DNA from: an uncultured bacterium
GTDB lineage: Bacteria > Krumholzibacteriota > Krumholzibacteriia > JACNKJ01
Direction of reading: 5' to 3'
DNA: 31,997 bases
NCBI GenBank assembly: GCA_964627205.1
Contig: CAZVHI010000040.1
Span: 1 to 31,997 of the forward strand
Shown one piece after another: positions 1 to 8,426 of this stretch. Position 1 is the first letter of the stretch; the number at the start of each line of letters is the position of its first letter. The position numbers and the translations under genes were made by a program. Under the pieces are notes generated by a model, which saw only the letters and a program-made list of their open reading frames with translations, ran no database searches and had not been told where the DNA came from.

Positions 1-58
1 CTCGCTGACGGCTTCTCAATCTCGACGTCTCCGGCGCCCCATCCGGGGGAGGTGGCTC

Positions 59-793
59 ATGTCTTGTCGCAATCATCTCCTGATCTACTGGGAAAACCAC
101 GACGATCGCATCTTCCGTCACGCCTGCGAGCTCGCGCGCGAGATCGCGGACTGGGACGATGACAACGTCCTGGGCAACGTCTACGAGCACCAGTGGCTCG
201 TCGAGCCCGAGTGGGCGCGCGTGCGCCTGCACAAGCCCGCGGGCTGCTCCGAGCAGCTCGACCAGCTCTGGCAGCTCGTGAAGGACTGGCCGGCCACCTT
301 CGCCAACAAGAAGATGATCGCCACCCTGGAGAAGCTGCGCCACCTCGAGCGCTGCCTCGATCAGCGCGGTACGAACGACCGCCTGGCCTGCATGGTCAAT
401 CCCGACCGCAACCTGCGTTTCGCGGGCTGCCGGCGGCTCTATCCGGCGTTGGGTCCCGTCGATCTCGGGCAGTCCTTCGAGCCTGCGAGCACCTACTGGT
501 ACGCCGGCGAGGGCTCCGGCGGACTCTGGCGCTGCTTCAGGGGCGAGATCGAGGAGCACTGGCAGCGTCAGGCCGAGGAGTTGGGGCTGGAGTTCTGCCC
601 GCGCTACCGCGGCTTCCGCCAGGATCTCGAGCTGATTCCCGGCAGCATGCAATACGGGGTGGGGCGCGCCTGGCGCCGGCTCAAGGACAGCGACGGCGAT
701 CTCTGCATCTTCCCCGCCGACCTGCCCCTGCCCGAGGGCTTCTATCCCTGGCAGGAACGCTCGGAGTCGCCGGAGTCGGAAGAGCACGAGTAG
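59..793 (+). CDS. Hypothetical protein, 244 aa, Trp/Arg-rich and cytoplasmic-looking. ATG at 59 is preceded by GGGGGAGGTGG.
   Basis: Long ORF with strong SD (GGAGG) 7 nt upstream of ATG. No recognisable domain motifs. Followed by a GC hairpin at 816-839. Confidence 0.55.
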   Translation: MSCRNHLLIYWENHDDRIFRHACELAREIADWDDDNVLGNVYEHQWLVEPEWARVRLHKPAGCSEQLDQLWQLVKDWPATFANKKMIATLEKLRHLERCLDQRGTNDRLACMVNPDRNLRFAGCRRLYPALGPVDLGQSFEPASTYWYAGEGSGGLWRCFRGEIEEHWQRQAEELGLEFCPRYRGFRQDLELIPGSMQYGVGRAWRRLKDSDGDLCIFPADLPLPEGFYPWQERSESPESEEHE

Positions 794-815
794 CGACACC
801 GACCAAGCGAAAAAC

Positions 816-839
816 GGGCGGGGCCCCGAGGCCCCGCCC
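816..839. terminator. Bidirectional intrinsic terminator hairpin between convergent genes: GGGCGGGGCC-ccga-GGCCCCGCCC.
   Basis: Perfect 10-bp GC stem with 4-nt loop. Flanked upstream by AAAAA (a U-tract for the minus-strand transcript of the 870..1436 gene). No T-tract on the plus side. Confidence 0.6.
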
Positions 840-869
840 GCGCATCCATCCTCGAATCCGTCTCGAATA

Positions 870-1436
870 CTAGTAGAGGGACTTGAGCCGCGACCAGCTC
901 GAGTTCGCGATCGGCGACCAGTCCGGGATGCCGGTCCCCGTGTCGTCGACGACGATGGTCACCGGTGTCCGGGTCTCGATGTGATCGCCGCCGACGTTGC
1001 CCTGGTGGCCGAACCAGGCCGCTTCCCAGGCGTACTCGCCAACTGCCTGGGGCGCGAAGGTCTCGAGGTCGACGGGAAAGATGACGGGGTTTCCCAGGCC
1101 GTCGTCGCCGGTGCCCGTGGGGCCCATCTCGAGGGCGACCACCATGCTGTTGTGGTCGTAGAGGATTCCGCGGATCCAGCCGGTCCGGTTGCCGCCGTCG
1201 AGGGTGACGGTGAGCGGGTCGCCGGGGGCGTAGACATCGGCGTTCGCCGTCGCGGAGATGGCTCCCCGGTGGTGGTGGCAGCCGTTGCAGGTGGACGTGT
1301 CGTCGCTGTGGCAGGACGAGCAGCGGCTGGTGAAGAAGGACGAGTAGGCCTGGGCGCTGCCCGCCATTCCGAAGGTGACGAGGCTCAGGCACAACAGAAT
1401 CGCGAGAGGACCGAGGAGAGGGGTGGCGCTTCTCAT
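870..1436 (-). CDS. Small secreted protein (188 aa) with N-terminal signal peptide and two CxxCH motifs (CSSCH, CNGCH). Putative c-type heme-binding or metal-binding protein followed by a beta-rich domain.
   Basis: Internal ATG at 1436 has GGAGGAAG 7 nt upstream. The N-terminus MRSATPLLGPLAILLCLSLVTFGMAGSAQA is a classic signal peptide. The track ORF's 28-aa extension to 1520 lacks an RBS. Two CxxCH motifs lie within 15 aa of each other. The C-terminal tail is ...SRLKSLY. Confidence 0.6.
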   Translation of the reverse strand: MRSATPLLGPLAILLCLSLVTFGMAGSAQAYSSFFTSRCSSCHSDDTSTCNGCHHHRGAISATANADVYAPGDPLTVTLDGGNRTGWIRGILYDHNSMVVALEMGPTGTGDDGLGNPVIFPVDLETFAPQAVGEYAWEAAWFGHQGNVGGDHIETRTPVTIVVDDTGTGIPDWSPIANSSWSRLKSLY

Positions 1437-1550
1437 GACTGCTTCCTCCAGGGGATTGAGGGGTGACAGGAACAGGACCTCCGACTCCACAATATAGCAC
1501 AGAAAGTAAGCGGGATTCACCTGTATTCTAAATCCATTGGCTGTCTGCCC

Positions 1551-2300
1551 CTAAGCTTCGCGGGGTTCGAACAGCGGGCTGCTCAGCAGCTTCGTGTGGT
1601 GGAGCGTGTAGCGGAGGAGCGCCTCGAGGGTGAACAGGCCGTACTCCAGACTGCGCGCGAAACCGATGCTGCTCGCCTCCTTCATATAGCGCACGGGCAC
1701 GGGGACGTCGGCGAGGCGGAAGCCGAAGGACACTGCCTGGATCAGGAATTGGCTGTCGAAGACGAAGTCGTCGCTGTTGCGCTCCCAGGGCAGGGTCTCG
1801 AGCACTTCGCGGCGATAGGCGCGGAGCCCCGAGTGGAACTCCCCGAGGTTCTGTCCCAGCCAGAGGTTCTCGACGACAGTGAGCAGGCGATTGGCCACGT
1901 ACTTGTAGGCCGGCATGCCACCCGCCAGCGCCTCCCCTCGCGTGCGGATGCGGTTGCCGAGCAGCACGTCGCAGTGGCCGGCGCCGAGGATCCCCGTGAG
2001 CACGGGCACGACGCTCGAGTCGTACTGGTAGTCCGGATGGATCATGATGATCAGGTCCGCGCCACGCTCGAGGGCCGCGCGATAGCAGGTCTTCTGATTG
2101 GCGCCGTAGCCCCGGTTCACCTCGTGCTCGATCACCGTGAGGCCCAGCCGCCGCGCGAGGGGCACGGTGCCGTCGCGGCTGCAGTCGTCGACCAGGATGA
2201 CCTCGTCCACGGAGCCCACGGGGATGTCGGCCAGGGTGCGCTCCAGGGTGCTCTCGGCGTTGTAGGCCGGCATGACCACGATGACCTTCTGCTGTGCCAT
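1551..2300 (-). CDS. Family 2 glycosyltransferase (dolichyl-phosphate mannose/glucose synthase-like), 249 aa.
   Basis: N-terminus [15 protein letters not shown]...[12 protein letters not shown] is the GT2 (GT-A) signature with the DxD-type motif (VDD). ATG at 2300 has AAGGAG 5 nt upstream. It lies 14 nt downstream of the preceding gene's stop, so it is likely operonic. Confidence 0.8.
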   Translation of the reverse strand: MAQQKVIVVMPAYNAESTLERTLADIPVGSVDEVILVDDCSRDGTVPLARRLGLTVIEHEVNRGYGANQKTCYRAALERGADLIIMIHPDYQYDSSVVPVLTGILGAGHCDVLLGNRIRTRGEALAGGMPAYKYVANRLLTVVENLWLGQNLGEFHSGLRAYRREVLETLPWERNSDDFVFDSQFLIQAVSFGFRLADVPVPVRYMKEASSIGFARSLEYGLFTLEALLRYTLHHTKLLSSPLFEPREA

Positions 2301-2314
2301 GACGCTCCTTCTTC

Positions 2315-4531
2315 CTATCGCTCCAGGTAGGGTTCGATCTCGGGGAGTCGCTTCAGCTCGGTGTCCCAGAAGGCGCCGAGATTGCCGTACCCGCCTTCTT
2401 CGCTGCCGGGTGCGGGCAGGGTCCGCCACACGCTATCGGCGAGCAGTGTGTCCGGCGAGAAGCGGCCGGTCTCCGGATCGCGCAATTCGTGGCGGTCCTT
2501 GCCGCCACCGTCCAGCAGCAGGCCGAGACTGAGAGACTCTCCATAGTAGGGAGCCGTGCTCGGGGGCCGCGAGTACTCCTTGCGGCTGTCCGAGGCGCCG
2601 AAGCCGAGCTGTCCCGCGTCGAGGCGGTAGAGGTCGTCGCCCCCCAGGTCGATGAGCAAGGCGTTGCTGCGGATCTCGGCCAGCCCCAGGCTGATGATCT
2701 TCGCCTCGTAGATGTCGTCGCCCGCCGTGTCGATGAGCAAGGCGTTCGTGAAGTCCCAGCCGAAGGCGATCCCGGCGCCCGCGTTCTCGAAGAGGCGGTG
2801 CGTGTCGTCGCCGCCCTCGTCGACGATGGCGCCGATGCAGTAGTGGGCGCCGCTCGCCTGCGTGAAGTAGACGCTCTCGTAGAGGTCGTCGCCGTCGCCT
2901 TCGTAGACGAGACCCACGCCGTACCAGTAGCCGCAGCCGAGGCTCCAGTTGCCGCTGCGGTAGCGATCGTTGCCGTGGATGTCGATCAGCGCGCCCAGGC
3001 CGCCGGCCCAGCTGTGGCCGTCGCTGCCGTCGCCCCGGCGGCCCATGCCGCAGCCCTGGGCGGCGTTCGCGGCGACGAGGTGCTCGCTGTGGTAGTCGGC
3101 GCGGCCGGCCTTCTCGGCGTAGGGCTCCGCCTTGTAGTGGTCGTTCCCGCCCCAGGAAGCCAGCACGCCCACCCCGCCGACGCCCCCGTAACCCTGCCCC
3201 TCGCCCAGGAGGTAGAGCTCGTCGTCGCCGTCGGCGTCGAGGAGCAGGCCGCAGCCAAAGTAACCCGCACCCTGGCCGCTGCTTTCGAGCCGCCAGCGGT
3301 CGCGACCTTCGAGGTCGGCGAGCATCCCGATGCCGAACTGCCCGCAGCCCTGGGCCAGCTTCCCCGCCTCGTAGCGATCGTTGCCGGCGACGTCCAGCAG
3401 CATGCCCACGCCGAGCAGGCCGCAGCCCTGCGCGCCGTCGCTGCCGATGTATTCGTCGTCACCGTTCAGGTCGAGCAGGACCGAGACTGGCAGCTCCGGG
3501 CCGCGGCTGCCGGCCGCGGCGCCGCGGTACTTGTCGTTGCCGCCGAGGTCGACCCAGAGCAGACAGCGCTCGGCATGGTAGTCGCCGCCGTCCCGTCCGC
3601 TCAGGACCACGCGGCCGAGCGCGGTCTGAGCGTCCAGCAGGATCCCCTTGCCGCCGCGCGCGGAGGGCGAGAGGCCGAGCAACGCGAGGCGCGCCGTGTC
3701 GAGGGCCTGCGCGGTCTTGAGTGCGGCATAGGCGAGCGACTGTCGGTCCCAGAGCCGCGCCAGGTCGTCGATCTCCGGGTAGTAGACATCGCCCGTGCTC
3801 TGGGTCTCGCCCAGGTCGTCGATGCGGAGCACGCTCTCTGTGAGCTCCCGGTCCGCGCGCCGAAGCGACAGGCGCGACCAGCGCGCCGCCTCGGCGAGAT
3901 TGAGGACGAGCTCGCCGAGGACCTTCCGCAGCGCGGGATCTAGGGCGGCGAGGCTCGCGGCGAGTTCCACGTCACCGGGTGCCGCGGTTTCCTCCTCGTA
4001 GCGCGCCCCGAAGGCGGGGCCCGCCACGCCCCGCGCGCGGCCCAGGGAGGCGAGGGCGCTCGCCAGCGGCGCCTCCGGGTCGAGCTCCGGAAAGTTGTTG
4101 GCCGAGTAGTTGCGGAAGCCACCCGCGAAGTTCTCCACGGCGAGGTGATAGCAGAGCTGGTAGAGGCCGTCGTCGTGCTCGGCCAGGCGGGCGGGGTCGA
4201 GGTGTTTCCGGACGGGGTCCGCCATGCCGTGCAGGTAGCGCGGGATCACCTGGGGACGCGCGAAGAGGTCGTCGAAGGCGTGGTGGAGGTAGGGCGTGCG
4301 CGAAGGCAAGGGATAGCGGCGCCAGGAGCCGCGGGGGCGGTAGCCCAGGTCGTCGCGACTCAGGCCCAGGCGCTCGAGGGCCTCGCCGAGGATATCCGAT
4401 GGCTCCTCCTCGAAGACGTAGGTACCGAGGGTGACGAGGCCCTCCGGCTGCACCTGCTCGGTCTGCGCGTGGGCGGCACTCGCGGCCAGCAGGGCCAGCA
4501 GGATTGCGAGAAGCGTGAAAACGGCGCGCAT
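2315..4531 (-). CDS. Large secreted repeat protein (738 aa) with signal peptide and ~13 tandem ~22-27-aa repeats carrying a G-[ND]-D-x-[YHW] motif. Predicted beta-helix/beta-roll-like surface protein.
   Basis: Start at 4531 (ATG) with GGGGGGAGG upstream. Signal peptide [22 protein letters not shown]. Repeats such as [54 protein letters not shown] and [11 protein letters not shown] are separated by Gly-rich QGCG/GxG stretches. I cannot assign a named family. Confidence 0.7.
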   Translation of the reverse strand: MRAVFTLLAILLALLAASAAHAQTEQVQPEGLVTLGTYVFEEEPSDILGEALERLGLSRDDLGYRPRGSWRRYPLPSRTPYLHHAFDDLFARPQVIPRYLHGMADPVRKHLDPARLAEHDDGLYQLCYHLAVENFAGGFRNYSANNFPELDPEAPLASALASLGRARGVAGPAFGARYEEETAAPGDVELAASLAALDPALRKVLGELVLNLAEAARWSRLSLRRADRELTESVLRIDDLGETQSTGDVYYPEIDDLARLWDRQSLAYAALKTAQALDTARLALLGLSPSARGGKGILLDAQTALGRVVLSGRDGGDYHAERCLLWVDLGGNDKYRGAAAGSRGPELPVSVLLDLNGDDEYIGSDGAQGCGLLGVGMLLDVAGNDRYEAGKLAQGCGQFGIGMLADLEGRDRWRLESSGQGAGYFGCGLLLDADGDDELYLLGEGQGYGGVGGVGVLASWGGNDHYKAEPYAEKAGRADYHSEHLVAANAAQGCGMGRRGDGSDGHSWAGGLGALIDIHGNDRYRSGNWSLGCGYWYGVGLVYEGDGDDLYESVYFTQASGAHYCIGAIVDEGGDDTHRLFENAGAGIAFGWDFTNALLIDTAGDDIYEAKIISLGLAEIRSNALLIDLGGDDLYRLDAGQLGFGASDSRKEYSRPPSTAPYYGESLSLGLLLDGGGKDRHELRDPETGRFSPDTLLADSVWRTLPAPGSEEGGYGNLGAFWDTELKRLPEIEPYLER

Positions 4532-4559
4532 GTCATCCTCCCCCCGGGGCCGGCGCGCC

Positions 4560-5588
4560 TCAGGGTAGCTCGTAGAGGTAGAGCTCGCTCTGGCCCTCAC
4601 GGTCCGCGCGGAAGACGAAGCGCTTCCCGTCCGGCGAGACTCGCTGATCCATCTCGCCCCGGCCGAGGTCGAGGAGATGAGTCACTTGCATCGTATCGAG
4701 GTCGAGCACACCCAGGTCGTATCCCCGCTTGGGATCGGCTTCGCTCAGGTAGGTGACGAGCAGGCGCCGGTTGCCGGGCAGCCACTCCACGCCACCGAAG
4801 AAGTTGCCCGGCACGGTGTAGTCCTCGACCAGGGCGCTGATCGTGCTATCCACGACGCGGATCGCGCTCTTCCGGCCGAGTCGGTGGACCCAGGCGATCT
4901 TCTTGCCGTCCCGGCTCACGGCGGGATGGCTGTGGTTGCCGGCGTCGTGCAGCAGGACCTTGCGGCTCTCCCCATCCCTGCCGACCACCATGCCCTGGTT
5001 GCTCATGCTGCCGACGGTGGAGAGCTCGTAGTAGACCTTCATGCCCGAGCTGCTCCAGCGGGGGAAGGTCTCGCCGGACAGGCTCATCTCGGGAGTGAGC
5101 TTGGCCGTTTCGCCATCCTCCAGGCGCAGCACCCAGAGCTTGTCGCCGACCTCGAGCATGCGACGGCTGTAGACGAGGTAGCGTCCGTCCGGGGAGATAT
5201 CGGGATGCTTCGCGGGCCAGACCGAGTCCGTCACGGCCTCCGTCTGCCCGCTCTCCAGGTCCAGCCGGTAGATCCGGAGTCGGCCCTCTTTCCTGGCGGT
5301 GTAGTAGACGGCCTCGCCGTCGGGGGACCAGCAAGGGCTCATCTCGTCCTGCGGCGTGTCGGTCAGTCGCGTGACGCCCTCGGGCACGGGCGGCATCTCG
5401 GCGCGCTCTTCGTCTGCGCCCTCGCCCGCCGCCTGGCGGGCGCGCCAGGCCATCAGCTCGAGCTTGCTCATCCGGGTCGTGTCCGGCGCCTGCGCGCCCT
5501 CGGCTGCGACGGCGGCGAGCGCGCCCGGGCCGGAGGCGAGCAGGAGCAGGACCAGCGCGACAGCCGTGGTTCTTTCGCTTAAGCGCAT
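4560..5588 (-). CDS. TolB-like periplasmic beta-propeller protein (WD40-like PD40 repeats), 342 aa, with signal peptide.
   Basis: Internal ATG at 5588 with GAGGAAAA upstream. Signal peptide MRLSERTTAVALVLLLLASGPGALAAVAA. Repeated SPDG(x)x(I/V)(A/V)(F/Y) blocks (DISPDGRYLVYS, AVSRDGKKIAWV, RVSPDGKRFVFRADREG) are typical of PD40/TolB propellers. The upstream 45 codons of the track ORF have no RBS. Confidence 0.7.
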   Translation of the reverse strand: MRLSERTTAVALVLLLLASGPGALAAVAAEGAQAPDTTRMSKLELMAWRARQAAGEGADEERAEMPPVPEGVTRLTDTPQDEMSPCWSPDGEAVYYTARKEGRLRIYRLDLESGQTEAVTDSVWPAKHPDISPDGRYLVYSRRMLEVGDKLWVLRLEDGETAKLTPEMSLSGETFPRWSSSGMKVYYELSTVGSMSNQGMVVGRDGESRKVLLHDAGNHSHPAVSRDGKKIAWVHRLGRKSAIRVVDSTISALVEDYTVPGNFFGGVEWLPGNRRLLVTYLSEADPKRGYDLGVLDLDTMQVTHLLDLGRGEMDQRVSPDGKRFVFRADREGQSELYLYELP

Positions 5589-5765
5589 GTTTTTCCTCGC
5601 TTTGGGATTCCGGAGCGGAGAGTAGCATCCCCCTCCTGTCCTGGCAAGATCCCTGCTTTCTGGTGGCGTCGCGGATGCAAATCGCCTATAGTGTGCGGCA
5701 CTCACCTTGCCTGATTTTGTCAACTCCCATCACACGAGCTTTGCTTGAGATACTCGGAGTGTGCC

Positions 5766-6578
5766 ATGTCGGACCGATTGACGAAGCTGTTCGATGAGAT
5801 CGTGGAGACCCTGCGCGAGGACATGCGCCGCCAAGGACGGGAAATCGATCCCCTGCATTACGTGGAGGAGGAGGCCGCGCGCTGGCGCCAGGCCCGCGAG
5901 AGCGACGAGGGCATCTGGTTCTCGCTCCTGCTCCAGATGCTGCGTCACGGTTTTCCGAACTTCGAGTACACGCACGAACTGCAGCCCCTCCTCAAGGAAC
6001 ACCTGGGCGACTTCGCCGCTCTGGCCGAGCTGGACGAGCGTGGCAAGAAGAAGCTGGCCGAGATCGAGGAGCTGGACCTCAATCTCCAGCGCGTGCGTTC
6101 CGTTGCCAAGAACGCCCGGACGATGACGATGCTCCAGAACGACTTCGGCTCGGTCGTGGATCTGCTCGCCTCCTTCGAGAGCGAGGAGGATCTCGCCGCG
6201 GGCGTGGAGGAGATGTTCAGCTACATCAAGGGACCCTCCGCCACCGAGTTCACCCGCGAGATGGGCTGGAAGAAATCCGGCAGCAGCTCCGGCGTGCGGC
6301 GAGTGCTTTCGCGGATGAATGACCTCGTCGACGGTTCGCTCGACGTCGAGGGAATTAAAAAAGCCATCGAGGGCATGGCGAAGGGCACGAAACGTGACGT
6401 CGAGGAGATCGACTTCCTGCTCGAGCTGTTTGCCTCGGGCGACGACCGGATCGGCATGCACGCGATCTGCGACGTGAATTTTGCCTGCTACCGTTGCCGA
6501 GTGAGCACCGCGCAGTGCGAGGAGCGACGCTACGAGTTCGGCTCCGCGAAGGAGATCGTCCACGAGGAGCGGGATTAG
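5766..6578 (+). CDS. Hypothetical acidic cytoplasmic protein (270 aa) with a C-terminal Cys cluster (CDVNFACYRCRVSTAQC).
   Basis: ATG at 5766 with GGAG 7 nt upstream. The track ORF began at a TTG 21 nt earlier. No recognisable domain. It sits immediately upstream of a CHAT-like gene. Confidence 0.55.
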   Translation: MSDRLTKLFDEIVETLREDMRRQGREIDPLHYVEEEAARWRQARESDEGIWFSLLLQMLRHGFPNFEYTHELQPLLKEHLGDFAALAELDERGKKKLAEIEELDLNLQRVRSVAKNARTMTMLQNDFGSVVDLLASFESEEDLAAGVEEMFSYIKGPSATEFTREMGWKKSGSSSGVRRVLSRMNDLVDGSLDVEGIKKAIEGMAKGTKRDVEEIDFLLELFASGDDRIGMHAICDVNFACYRCRVSTAQCEERRYEFGSAKEIVHEERD

Positions 6579-6757
6579 AAGCCGCCTCCATCCCTCCCCT
6601 GGCTCTCTCCGCTTCTTCCCTCCGCCCGCCGGTATGGGTCCGTTTTCTGGGGAACGCCGCGCCACGTCCGGGCAGCGCCGCCCGTCCTTCCTCTGTTCCT
6701 GACGATCATCGCCTGAATTCGGGCACGGTATCCGCGGGGCTGTCATCGCTCTTGCTC

Positions 6758-8272
6758 ATGGCGATGGTGATGACACGCCTCTACGACATCCGCGAACGCA
6801 GCATCGAAGTCTCCACCCAGCGTCCGACCGACGTGCGGGTGGACGCGAGCATTCTACCCTGGCGCCCCGGCGACCGGGAGCGGGAAGCGACGGGTATCCT
6901 GGGGAAGGCCGGCGGGGCCGTCCTCGTGGAGATCGACGACTACCGTGGTGAACGCGACGTGATGCTCACATCCGGCGGATTCCTGCCCTCGCGCTTCCTC
7001 TTCCATCTCACCTTGCCCGAGGAGGGCAAGGTGGATCCCGAGATCCTGGAGGAGCGCTTCCGCGACTGTCTCTTCCAGGCCGGTGTGCTGGGGCTCGGCG
7101 AGCTCGCCATCCCCATCGTCGAGTTCTCGCCCTTCGTGGAGGACTTCTCGGAACTCGTGGAAGCGGTCTGGAAGGCCTGCCGCGAGTTTCTCGGTAGGGA
7201 GCGCGGCCCCCGGCGCGTCCTCTTCCTTGTCGAGGATCGGGACCTGCGGGGCCAGTACCTGCGGCACTTCTTCGGGCGCAAGCAGGCGGAGGAGCGCAAA
7301 TGGAGCGCCGGCGACTCGGCGCCGGGTGCGATCCCGACGCCTGCGAGTCAAACGCCGTCGGAAGCGATCCTCCGCCGCCGGGAGGGCGAGGAGAAGGTGC
7401 TCTCGCTGGACGTGGCCGAGACCGACGCGCTGACGGGCGCCCTGCAGTCCCTGCTGGTGGACTACAGCCAGGGCCGCAGCCTCGACCCGACGCTATGCGG
7501 CCTCACGCCGCCCATGCGCCAAGCGCTGGACCGCAGCGTGAGCCGGCAGGGCGAACCCTCCGAGCTGCCCGCGCGCCTGCGCATCCTGGGCTCGGATCTA
7601 GTGCTCAAGTTGCCCTGGGAGCTCCTGCGTCTGGGGCACGGCTACCTGGGGGAGGAGCACCTGCTCACGCGCGGAACGAACTTCCTCCATTTCCAGAAGG
7701 AGCGGCGGCGCACTTCCCCGCAGCCCTTCCAGGTCAGCTTCCGAGTGACGGGCAGTCCCGACGCCGCCCGCCGCCTCGCCGAGGAGCTGCAGAGCCTGAG
7801 CGAGCGGCGCCAGCTTGGCCTGAGCTGGGGCAAGGAAGAGGGAGCCAGCGCCCGCTTGGTGCACTGTCTCGGCCGGAAGGCGGCCGAGAGCCTGCTCGAC
7901 GAGATGCCGCTCAGCTGCGAGCTGGTCTTCCTGGAACTGGAGCCGGGCGAGGACTGGCGCGAGAGCAGCGGGATCGCCACGGAGGAGTGCGCCCGGCAAC
8001 TCGTTGCGCACGGCTGCCGCCGCGTGCTGGCTCCGCTGGCCGGCTTCCGCAGCGACCGGGAGCGCTTCGCCTTCCGGACGACCTTCTACGAGCGTCTGCT
8101 CTCGGGCGCCAGCGTCGGTGACGCCCTGCACTATGCGCAGCGCGTCGCCATGGAAGCCTTCGGCACGCACTCGGGCTGGTGGCTCTACCGGATCTTCGGC
8201 CAGACGGACGAGATCCTCATCCCCGCGAGAAAGACAGCCCAGCGCGAGAGCCGCGCGACGCAGCAGGCATAG
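6758..8272 (+). CDS. CHAT-like (caspase-fold) domain protein, ~504 aa. Start codon is uncertain (ATG 6758/6764/6770, none with a clear SD).
   Basis: The C-terminal half follows the CHAT domain order: LKLPWELL motif, then LVHCLGR (His region), then MPLSCELVFLE (Cys region), then a helical region ending HSGWWLYRIFG (CHAT domains typically end hP.WAaFvL.G). The reading frame stays open back to 6494, but that stretch is P/S/A-rich and overlaps the previous gene. A strong terminator follows. Confidence 0.45.
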   Translation: MAMVMTRLYDIRERSIEVSTQRPTDVRVDASILPWRPGDREREATGILGKAGGAVLVEIDDYRGERDVMLTSGGFLPSRFLFHLTLPEEGKVDPEILEERFRDCLFQAGVLGLGELAIPIVEFSPFVEDFSELVEAVWKACREFLGRERGPRRVLFLVEDRDLRGQYLRHFFGRKQAEERKWSAGDSAPGAIPTPASQTPSEAILRRREGEEKVLSLDVAETDALTGALQSLLVDYSQGRSLDPTLCGLTPPMRQALDRSVSRQGEPSELPARLRILGSDLVLKLPWELLRLGHGYLGEEHLLTRGTNFLHFQKERRRTSPQPFQVSFRVTGSPDAARRLAEELQSLSERRQLGLSWGKEEGASARLVHCLGRKAAESLLDEMPLSCELVFLELEPGEDWRESSGIATEECARQLVAHGCRRVLAPLAGFRSDRERFAFRTTFYERLLSGASVGDALHYAQRVAMEAFGTHSGWWLYRIFGQTDEILIPARKTAQRESRATQQA

Positions 8273-8338
8273 CCGCCGGCGACGACGCGACCGCAACAGC
8301 AAATCACCCAGTCGGATATCCTCTCCCACCCACAGCCG

Positions 8339-8372
8339 GGCCGGGGCCTTCGGGCCCCGGCCTTGTTGTTTC
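8339..8372 (+). terminator. Rho-independent terminator: GGCCGGGGCC-TTCG-GGCCCCGGCC followed by TTGTTGTTTCG.
   Basis: Perfect 10-bp GC stem closed by a UUCG tetraloop and a T-rich tail, 67 nt after the stop at 8272. Confidence 0.8.
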
Positions 8373-8426
8373 GCTCTCTCGCCTGCGCTCTGGCCTCGGC
8401 GCGCGATACCGGGTATTGTGTCGGAC

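Noticed and set aside
789-815. GTAGCGAC...CCAAGCGAAA followed by a GC hairpin, possibly a degenerate third copy of the conserved hairpin core.
   Set aside because: Only 8+9 nt match, with different spacing (5 versus 13 nt), and no 5' arm. GTAGCGAC here spans the stop codon of the upstream CDS. Most likely chance similarity, though a genome-wide motif search would settle it.
2489-3943. Long antisense ORFs from the six-frame track: 2489..3943 +, 8628..10418 -, 11332..12735 + (front part of 11332..13608), 19074..20483 +, 20918..22705 +, 24959..26338 +, 26426..27982 -, 28568..29584 -, 31070..31858 -, and many 60-320-aa ORFs.
   Set aside because: Each lies entirely opposite or overlapping a gene with clear domain signatures. 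Each has an Ala/Arg/Gly/Pro-rich low-complexity translation typical of wrong-frame high-GC DNA, and none has a convincing SD. They are open frames by GC bias, not genes.
8004-8426. N-terminal extensions in the ORF track: 8004..8426 for the kinase, 4532..4600, 5589..5723, 20007..20147, 22757..22828, 23168..23377, 26204..26314, 1437..1520, 2301..2429, 26339..26416.
   Set aside because: In every case an internal ATG or GTG has a good SD at 5-10 nt and starts a signal peptide or a conserved N-terminus. The extensions cross terminators or upstream genes and are Arg/Pro-rich.
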